Positions 37,640 to 44,946 of a stretch of DNA of 64,000 nt are shown piece after piece (the stretch's first letter is position 1; each line of letters opens with the position of its first letter). The notes under the pieces were generated by a model that saw nothing but the letters and a program-made list of their open reading frames with translations, was not told the origin of the DNA and did no database searches. Origin of the DNA: Dehalococcoidia bacterium (GTDB lineage: Bacteria; Chloroflexota; Dehalococcoidia; Bin125); contig OY820591.1 in NCBI GenBank assembly GCA_963555985.3, positions 1,664,001 through 1,728,000 of the forward strand. Direction: 5' to 3'. Position numbers and translations under genes: made by a program.

Positions 37640-38994
37640 AACTCGACCAGAGTGAGGGGAGCCAACTGCTCCCCGGTTGGCTCCGCTCAACAGAACCAGT
37701 CTTCGGTCAGGCCTGGGCGGTGTAGGTGGGGAGCGGGGATGTCGGGCCAGGGAGTGGTTTCGAGCGCAGTACAGGTGGCTTGCTTGATTTCGGCAAACGA
37801 CGCGCCGCGCTCGGCTAGGGCGGCGATCTGCGATTGGAGGCGATCCAGCCGTTCGTCGGGGTGCCGCCAGATCCAGGTCAGACCGTCGGCGTCGTATTCG
37901 GTCAGGGCGTTGAGCTCGCGCATGGGTTGCACCAGGGGTGAGTCCGACGGCGCGAGCAGACGCAGGCCGAGCTGCACCGGAGGGGTCACGTCGATGAGTT
38001 GGCGGGTTTCCACGAACTTGAGCAGATCGAGGTAGTCGGCGGCGGTTGTCCAGGGCGTGAAGGGGAGCCAGGTGGGGCGGATGGCGATTCCGGCGGACGC
38101 GGTCAGTTCCAGGGCAATATCCAAATCGGCTGCCGTGTGTCCTTTGTCGAGCAGCGCGAGCAGCGAATCGTCTACCGACTCGAACGCGGAGGTGACGAAC
38201 GTGACGCCGAGTGCGGCCATTTCGGGCAGCAACGCGCGGTGTTCGAGCAGATGCTCAACCTTGATCGTCACGTCGTAGGTCATGTTCGGGTGCCGCTGCC
38301 TGCTCTCGCGCAGCAGGCCGACTGCGAGTTGGGGAGCGTTGAGGAAGTCGGGGTCTCCGAAGGTGATGTGTTCAGCGCCGCTCGCGGCCTGCTGCTCGAT
38401 GTCCGCGAGCACGGTCGCTGCGCCGTTGAGTCGGAGCCGACCCGCGTAGACGGGCGTAATTGGGCAGTGGGTGCATTGGTGCGCGCAGCCGCGCGTCGCT
38501 TCGACGTAGCCGGCCAGATGGGAGTTTCCGTTCGCATCGCGGTAGCGGGCGTACTGATCAAGCGAAGGCAGAGCGGATCTGTCGGGCAACGGGCGGTCGC
38601 GGCGATCGAAGATCGGCACGGGCGCGGGAGTCTCGCCGTTCGCCAACGCCACGAGCTGATAGTCGGTGTCGCCGGAGATTGTGCGTCCAAGATCGAGGTC
38701 GCCGAGAGCGCTGGCAATGAGACCGTAGAAGACGATCTTGTCGGACATGCCTCCCAGCGAACGCGCGACACGGATACCGAGGCGCGCGGCGGTGTGCATC
38801 GGAGTTGAGATGCCGACGAGGTCGGCCTCCTCCGCAAGCGTGCGCAGGTCCTCTGCCGAGATGGACTGGACATCGAGGTCGACGACGGTGACCTCGTGGC
38901 CTGCGGAGATCAGCGCCGCTGCGGGCGCGGCGATGCCGAGCGGTTGATGGCCTTGTTCGTAGGTGGAGATCAGGAGGACGGACACCACTGACAA
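37636..38994 (-). CDS. CUAEP-tail radical SAM selenoprotein (B12-binding-like N-terminus); UGA at 37687-37689 read as Sec
   Basis: RGCAHQCTHC motif; frame continues TGT TGA GCG GAG CCA = C-U-A-E-P-TGEQLAPLTLVEF to TAG at 37636-37638; hairpin right after UGA; selA present. Confidence 0.9.
37653..37689 (-). promoter_or_regulatory. Putative SECIS element
   Basis: UGA-GCGGAGCCAACC-GGGGAGC-AGUUG-GCUCCCC-UCA: 7-bp stem whose loop starts 19 nt after UGA; alternative 9-bp stem GGAGCCAAC/GUUGGCUCC. Confidence 0.75.
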
Positions 38995-39021
38995 GCCACA
39001 ATCAGCCTAAGCGCACGGCTG

Positions 39022-39054
39022 CCCTCACCCTAACCCTCTCCCAGAGGGAGAGGG
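39022..39054 (+). repeat. REP-like palindrome, family 2
   Basis: CCCTCACCCTAACCCTCTCCCAGAGGGAGAGGG. Confidence 0.8.
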
Positions 39055-39063
39055 AACAAGAGA

Positions 39064-39672
39064 CTACTTCTTGGAGGGCTTGTAATAGGGGTTGTCGCCG
39101 GAGGCGTGGTCGGTCACGTCGACCAACTCTTCGATCTCGGGGAGCTGCTCCTTGACCGCGACCTCGACACCCTGCTTGAGGGTCACGTTGGCCATGCCGC
39201 AGCCCTGGCAGCCGCCGCCCATTTCGATGTAGGCGCGGTTGCCCTGGACTTCGAGCAACTGGACGTAGCCGCCATGCGCCGCGATCTGCGGGTTGACCTG
39301 TTCGTCGAAGATGCGCTGGATTTGGGCGGCGAGCGGGTCGCGCCAGACGGGATTGGGGTTGTCGAACTCCAGGCCGGAGACGTTGGGGCCTTTGAACTCG
39401 TAGTGGATGGAGGTGCCGCGCAGGTCTTCGATATGGTCGCCGTCGACGAAGAGGAGGAAATCGGGGAACTGCACCTGCGCGTCGCCGTGCGGCTCGATGC
39501 CTCGCTCAACGATGGTGAGCACATGCTCGAAGCCGTATGAGCTGCGGCCCACGATCTTGAGGCGCAGTCCGGCGACGGGTTCCGGATATCCGTTCAAGAC
39601 CTCGAGCAGCTTTTCCCGCGCGATTTCGGAGAACGTGATCTTGAGGTCTTCGGCGTGTACATCGGTCGTCAT
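39064..39672 (-). CDS. nfuA: Fe-S biogenesis protein NfuA
   Basis: Cys-less A-type carrier N-domain, NPN linker, VNPQIAAHGG, GGGCQGC, DVTDH. Confidence 0.9.
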   Translation of the reverse strand: MTTDVHAEDLKITFSEIAREKLLEVLNGYPEPVAGLRLKIVGRSSYGFEHVLTIVERGIEPHGDAQVQFPDFLLFVDGDHIEDLRGTSIHYEFKGPNVSGLEFDNPNPVWRDPLAAQIQRIFDEQVNPQIAAHGGYVQLLEVQGNRAYIEMGGGCQGCGMANVTLKQGVEVAVKEQLPEIEELVDVTDHASGDNPYYKPSKK

Positions 39673-39760
39673 CGTTCGCTCCTGCTCGTCTGGCGTTATC
39701 TAGCATAGCGTCGCGCGCCGGAGTGTTTGGGCACGGCGCGGAAGAGATTGGGAGAGACGG

Positions 39761-41494
39761 ATGTCTGTTGATCGAGTAGTGGTCGAGAAGAACGTTGAGA
39801 TCCCGATGCGCGACGGGGTGATTCTGCGAGCGGACGTGTACCGGCCCGCCGACTCGCACGAACCGGGCCAGGCCGTGCCGGGAGTGGTGACGCGCACGCC
39901 CTACGACAAGGAGGTCTTCGGCGCGGCGGTGGTCGGGGTAATGCCGAATGCGCTCAAGCTGGCGGAACGCGGCTACGCCGTCGTGGTCTGCGACACGCGG
40001 GGGCGCTATGCCTCGGAGGGCGAGTTCAAGCCCTTCCACCAGGAGGGTCCGGACGGCTACGACACGCTGGAATGGGTGGCGGCGCAGGACTGGTGCGACG
40101 GCGGTACGGCGATCTACGGGGCGTCGTACGTGGGCGCGACCACCTTGCTCGCCGCGCGCGAGCGACCGCCCTCGCTGCGCTGCGCGATCCCGATCATCAC
40201 GGCAGACGATTACTACGACGGCTGGACCTACCAGGGCGGCGCGTTTCAGCTGGGATTTATCGGTCTGTGGGGCAGCGGTCTCGCGGCGACGGGGTATCTG
40301 CAACAGAATCACGGCCGTCCGGCTGAGGCGGCGGGGGAGATGACGGACGCGGTGACGGGGAATTCGTTCCGGTTATTGGGCAGCCGTCCGCTGTCCTCGA
40401 TGCCGGGCATTTCGCAGGAGGGCGTCGCGCCGTACTGGCACGAGTGGCTCTCGCATGAGACGCGCGACGAGTACTGGGAGTCGGTGCGGCACTCCGCCGA
40501 CTACTCGCGCTACACCGTGCCGATGCTGCACATCGGCGGCTGGTTCGACATCTTCGGGATCGGTACCGTACGCAATTTCCGGGGGATGTCGGCGGCGGGC
40601 AATGCGCCCCAACACCTGATCATGGGCCCGTGGGCGCACACCAACTACGACCGCTGGTTGGGCGAGCTTGAGTTCGGTCCCAGCGGCCCGGCCGCCGGCG
40701 CGAATGTGCTGGCCGACCTCAACGCTTTCCTCGATCGGCACCTGAAGGGGAGAGGGCAGGAACTGCCGAGCGTGCGCTGGTTCCTGATGGGAGCGAACGA
40801 GTGGCGCACGGCCGAGTCGTGGCCGCCGCCGAACGCCGAAGAGCGGACACTGTATCTCGCCTCCAACGGGGGCGCGACCATGCATTACGGCGACGGCCGG
40901 CTGTTGGACGAATGCCCGGCCGAGGATCAGCGCTGGGACGAGTACATGTTCAGCGGCTACAAGCCGGTGATCACCGAAGGCGGCTCACTCCTTCAGATCG
41001 CGATTGGGATGCCGGGCCCGCGCGATCAGACCCGCGTGGAGAGCCGCGACGACGTGCTCTGCTACACCAGCGAGCCGCTGACCGCGCCGCTTGTTGCGGC
41101 GGGGCCGGTTGAAGTGGACATCTGGTTCTCCAGCGACCGGCCGGACACGGACATCACGGCCAAGCTGGTGGATGTGCATCCCGACGGCAAACCGGTCTCG
41201 CTGACGGACGGGATCATGCGGGCGCGCTTCCGTGAGGGCTTCGACCGGGAGGTGGCGCTGACGCCGGGTGAAGTGGCCAAGGTGACCGTCGATCTCGCCT
41301 CGATCGGTCACCGGTTTGAGGCTGGACACCGGATTCGGCTGGAAGTCTCCAGCAGCAACTACCCTCGCTTCATGGTGAACTCGAACGATGGCGGTTCGGT
41401 CAACTCGTCTACGGAGTGCCTGACCGCCATCAACCAGATTCGCCGCGGCGGAGAGTATCCGTCGGCGCTGAGATTGCACGTCCTGAGCGACTAG
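39761..41494 (+). CDS. CocE/NonD family hydrolase
   Basis: IPMRDGVILRADVYRP, RTPY, GASYVG, GGWFD, GPWAH, GHRIRLEVSSSNYP. Confidence 0.93.
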   Translation: MSVDRVVVEKNVEIPMRDGVILRADVYRPADSHEPGQAVPGVVTRTPYDKEVFGAAVVGVMPNALKLAERGYAVVVCDTRGRYASEGEFKPFHQEGPDGYDTLEWVAAQDWCDGGTAIYGASYVGATTLLAARERPPSLRCAIPIITADDYYDGWTYQGGAFQLGFIGLWGSGLAATGYLQQNHGRPAEAAGEMTDAVTGNSFRLLGSRPLSSMPGISQEGVAPYWHEWLSHETRDEYWESVRHSADYSRYTVPMLHIGGWFDIFGIGTVRNFRGMSAAGNAPQHLIMGPWAHTNYDRWLGELEFGPSGPAAGANVLADLNAFLDRHLKGRGQELPSVRWFLMGANEWRTAESWPPPNAEERTLYLASNGGATMHYGDGRLLDECPAEDQRWDEYMFSGYKPVITEGGSLLQIAIGMPGPRDQTRVESRDDVLCYTSEPLTAPLVAAGPVEVDIWFSSDRPDTDITAKLVDVHPDGKPVSLTDGIMRARFREGFDREVALTPGEVAKVTVDLASIGHRFEAGHRIRLEVSSSNYPRFMVNSNDGGSVNSSTECLTAINQIRRGGEYPSALRLHVLSD

Positions 41495-41512
41495 CACAGA
41501 GAGGAACGACTG

Positions 41513-41839
41513 ATGATCTACGAACTGCGGATTTACACGGCGCATCCGGGCAAGATGGGGCCGCTGCTGGCGCGCTTCCGCGATCACACGATGGAGCTGT
41601 TCGAGCGCCATGGGATCAAGAACATCGGCTATTGGCTCAACGGCGTCGGCGGGCGCTCGGACGAGCTCTGGTACATCGTGGCGTTCGAGGACGCGGGTCA
41701 GCGCGACCGCGCCTGGGCGGCGTTCGGCGCCGATCCCGAGTGGCAGGCGGCGCGGGCCGCGTCGGAGGCGGACGGTCCGCTGGTGCACCACATCGAGAAT
41801 CGGATTCTGAATCCGTTGGAATGGTCGCCGCTGAACTAG
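41513..41839 (+). CDS. NIPSNAP family protein
   Basis: MIYELRIY..HPGK, F.ADPEW, LNP...SPL. Confidence 0.92.
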   Translation: MIYELRIYTAHPGKMGPLLARFRDHTMELFERHGIKNIGYWLNGVGGRSDELWYIVAFEDAGQRDRAWAAFGADPEWQAARAASEADGPLVHHIENRILNPLEWSPLN

Positions 41840-41893
41840 GCCATGCCTGATACTCTCGTTAGCCCGCCATCTGGCAGCTGACGGAGTTCGACC

Positions 41894-43498
41894 ATGCGCA
41901 TCATCACCTCGTACGCCTGCACGCTTGACGTGGAGACCAGTGAGGAAGCTGTCTGGCGATTCAACCTCTACCGAGGCGTGATGGATGATTGGCTGCGCGA
42001 TCAGGGAATCGGCGATCCGAGGGTAGACTCGCCAGCCGACACCTTCATCCAGCTGACGCGACGGGATGTATCGCACGAAGGAGCGGAAATCAACGGGTTC
42101 CTGCTCAAGGAGCCCATCCTCGAATCGAGCCATATCCTGCACACGCGATTCGATCTCGCATTCAGCGACCGGTCGCTCGCATTGTTCCTCCAATTCAGCG
42201 TCGAGCGCCTGACGAGCCGGATCGCGCCAGTCAGTTACCAGGTCAGCTGTCCGCGAGCCTTGCAGACCATTCTCGACGCAGGCAACTGGAAGTCAGGTCA
42301 GGCCCGCGTGCGGCCCCACTGCCGCCGGGCTTTTGGAACGGAGGCAGGGCACCAACTCAAAAATGAGATCTGGGATCCAAACCGTGCGCTGCCAATAGTC
42401 TTGATAGCCAATCTCGAAGCACCTGAATGGGCACCCGAATTTAACCATCCAGAGCCTTATCCAGAAGCCGAATGGCAGGTGTTTGCAGACGCTCTCGAAG
42501 CAGACATCGGCGCAGTCGCCCAAATCGTCGAAGTTGACTCCTTAGCCTCCCAATCGCTGGACCCAGACATGGAAGGGATACTCCTGTGGGTAGTCTGGCC
42601 TTTCGGCAGCGAGGGGTTCTTGCCCAACCGGCATCCTGCGTGGGCGCCGTTCGACTATTACTACGAAGTCGAAGAGGGCGACTACAACTACGACATCCAC
42701 TATGGCGGCTCAGGAATGACTCACCGCGAGTGGACCACCCTCTTCCGTCGGCATGAGTTGATGGGGCTGAGACCAACGATACGGAACACGATTTACGAAC
42801 AGGCAGCCTTACAGCCCATTCCTGGGCTGATCGAGGATATTCGAAGAGCCTACGAACAGGCGGAACGCAAACGCCTTGCCGACACTGGTGATTGGGAACA
42901 GATGGCTCAAAGCTATGAGCGTGACGTGGCTCGCGAACGGGAACGAGCCGACTATGCGGAAGAAAGAAGAGACGAGCTCGAACGAAAGTTGGACGAAGAG
43001 AGGCGCAGGAACGGCGAATTGCAACGCACGCTCGACCGGCGGGGCGCGCGTTCGGCATCATCCGCCGCGACTCTCACTCCTACAGCAACCACCGAACCTG
43101 ATACGGTCGTTAGCGCTTTGCACCGTGCAACGCAAACGTGTCAACACTTGGTATTCGGCAAGGACGTTTGGAATTCTGCGAACGAGATCGAGTCCGAACC
43201 GGCGTTGGCAAAGAAGGTGCTCACGGCTCTCCAAGCGTTGAACGAAGGAACTGAATCGGCTGCGCAGGGAACGCTCGGCACCGCGCTAGCGAGCTGGATC
43301 TACGAACGGCACGCGATCGAATCCTCCTCCGAGCACGAGCCTCAGACATTCAAAGATGAACAGGGCAAAGCGCGGAAGTTCTCCATGCATCTCAAACTCA
43401 AAGAGGCTACCGCCGCCAACAAAGCAGCGCGGATCTACTATGACCACCTGTCCGACGAAGGGAAGACGCTTGTCGGATACATCGGTCCACATCTCTAG
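41894..43498 (+). CDS. Hypothetical protein with coiled coil and RelE-like C-terminal domain
   Basis: Lower GC; charged helical stretch; C-terminal HLKL...RIYY...LVGYIGPHL. Confidence 0.65.
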   Translation: MRIITSYACTLDVETSEEAVWRFNLYRGVMDDWLRDQGIGDPRVDSPADTFIQLTRRDVSHEGAEINGFLLKEPILESSHILHTRFDLAFSDRSLALFLQFSVERLTSRIAPVSYQVSCPRALQTILDAGNWKSGQARVRPHCRRAFGTEAGHQLKNEIWDPNRALPIVLIANLEAPEWAPEFNHPEPYPEAEWQVFADALEADIGAVAQIVEVDSLASQSLDPDMEGILLWVVWPFGSEGFLPNRHPAWAPFDYYYEVEEGDYNYDIHYGGSGMTHREWTTLFRRHELMGLRPTIRNTIYEQAALQPIPGLIEDIRRAYEQAERKRLADTGDWEQMAQSYERDVARERERADYAEERRDELERKLDEERRRNGELQRTLDRRGARSASSAATLTPTATTEPDTVVSALHRATQTCQHLVFGKDVWNSANEIESEPALAKKVLTALQALNEGTESAAQGTLGTALASWIYERHAIESSSEHEPQTFKDEQGKARKFSMHLKLKEATAANKAARIYYDHLSDEGKTLVGYIGPHL

Positions 43499-43605
43499 CC
43501 GTGAGCTCAATCCATTGCCCTGGACTGAGACCGGAGAACAGACATGGCGTTCAGGAAGACTCACGACGAACCGAGCCTCACGCTCAAGGCCGAAGAATGG
43601 CGCGT

Positions 43606-44059
43606 CCGTCATTCCAGGCTCAGCCTGGAATCTCGCCCCATGTCCCCGGCTTGCCCTCCGACGGACAACGAAGTACACTTGTGCTTATCCATCGCCAGAG
43701 CCGGATCAATCCCATGCTCGCGCACCCTGTCCCGCCCGCCAACGACCACTCCCGACACCAACGAACCAGGCCCGAACGACGCCGACCAGACCTGTACGGT
43801 ACCGAACAAAATCGACCAAATCCGAACGAAATCGAACACCCAAACTTTCCAGGACTAACCACCGCCTACCACCCGGATCTCACGATCTCCCGTAAAACAC
43901 TGGGTTTCCTCCACCAACTCGCTCGGAAAAAAATTCGGCCTCCACTCAGCGCGCGCCGAAACATCTCCCCTCCGAACAACGCCCTCCGACAAGCTCGACA
44001 CATCTGCGACGACAGCCTAGAACGCGGCGAGATACTCGCGACAAGCGCGAGTATGACGG
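43606..44059. repeat. Element bounded by inverted REP copies (43606-43634, 44029-44059) enclosing a promoter and 10-bp phased repeats
   Basis: CCGTCATTCCAGGCTCAGCCTGGAATCTC and GAGATACTCGCGACAAGCGCGAGTATGACGG; units CGAACAAAAT/CGACCAAATC/CGAACGAAAT/CGAACACCCA at 43803-43842. Confidence 0.75.
43651..43686 (+). promoter_or_regulatory. sigma70-type promoter overlapped by a LexA-like palindrome
   Basis: TTGCCC-N17-TACACT; AAGTAC-ACTT-GTGCTT at 43671-43686. Confidence 0.6.
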
Positions 44060-44081
44060 AGTGGGTGTGAGTGAGTCCGGC

Positions 44082-44888
44082 CTAACTACGATGCCTTAGC
44101 CGCGCAACGAGCACTGGTGGAATGTGGGGGATGTCGGCCCACTGTAGGCGGGGCTTCCGGTCTGGGTCTGGCCCGTCGGCCATTGACGGCTCACGAATGC
44201 CGTCAATGGCCCAGCCGTGTTCGAATGCGGCGCTGAACAGTTCGGACAGGGTGCGGTCGAAGTAGGGCTGCTGTTGGGGTTGCCCGACCACGGCCACGCC
44301 GTAGTTGACGCCCAGGTTGAGGTAGCGCGAGATCCGCACGCCCGACTCTTCGATGAAGTCGCCGTCGGGCGTCTCGATCCGCTCGCGGAAGAGTCTGACG
44401 TTGGTTCCCGGAGCCCAGGCGGGGTGGAGCACGGAGAAGACGAACGGCGCATCGGGCGTGAGCAGTCGCGGCAGGGTGGCGAAGAGCGGTGAGAGTTCGG
44501 CGATGTCCATCAGCGCCATGTTGCAGACGGCCGCATCGAACGGCGCGCCCGGAATTGCGGTCAGCTGAGCGGAGTCGGTCACGTCCACCTGGCGCCAGGT
44601 GATCTGGTCTGCGTGCGAGCGTCGTTGCGCGAGTTCGAGCAGCTCGGGGGCGGCGTCGGTTGCGGTGACGCTCATTCCCAGCGCAGCGGCTGCGCGGGCG
44701 AAGTTGCCGTTGCCGCAGGCCAGTTCGAGCAGCTTCGCAGGGCGCGGCTCGAGCAGCTCGAGCGTGGACGGAAACACCAGCGTGCGCTGCCAGTGGTTGC
44801 CGTGATCGCCCTGGACCTCGTCCCAGAATTCGGCGTTGGTTCGCCAAGCGTGGATCGAGTCGGCGTTGTGCTCGGGGAAATCGCTCAT
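44082..44888 (-). CDS. Class I SAM-dependent methyltransferase
   Basis: LLELACGNG, FDAAVCNMALMDI, FVFSVLHP. Confidence 0.9.
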   Translation of the reverse strand: MSDFPEHNADSIHAWRTNAEFWDEVQGDHGNHWQRTLVFPSTLELLEPRPAKLLELACGNGNFARAAAALGMSVTATDAAPELLELAQRRSHADQITWRQVDVTDSAQLTAIPGAPFDAAVCNMALMDIAELSPLFATLPRLLTPDAPFVFSVLHPAWAPGTNVRLFRERIETPDGDFIEESGVRISRYLNLGVNYGVAVVGQPQQQPYFDRTLSELFSAAFEHGWAIDGIREPSMADGPDPDRKPRLQWADIPHIPPVLVARLRHRS

Positions 44889-44946
44889 GTCGTTTGTCGC
44901 ATCTTTCGTAGGGGGAAGGGCTGTGGCCGGGCGGACTGTTTAGCGT

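Noticed and set aside
43501-44070. 189-aa and overlapping ORFs as real proteins
   Set aside because: Low complexity, run through REPs, no RBS or domain; treated as a non-coding element, though a short ORF from 43714 is not excluded
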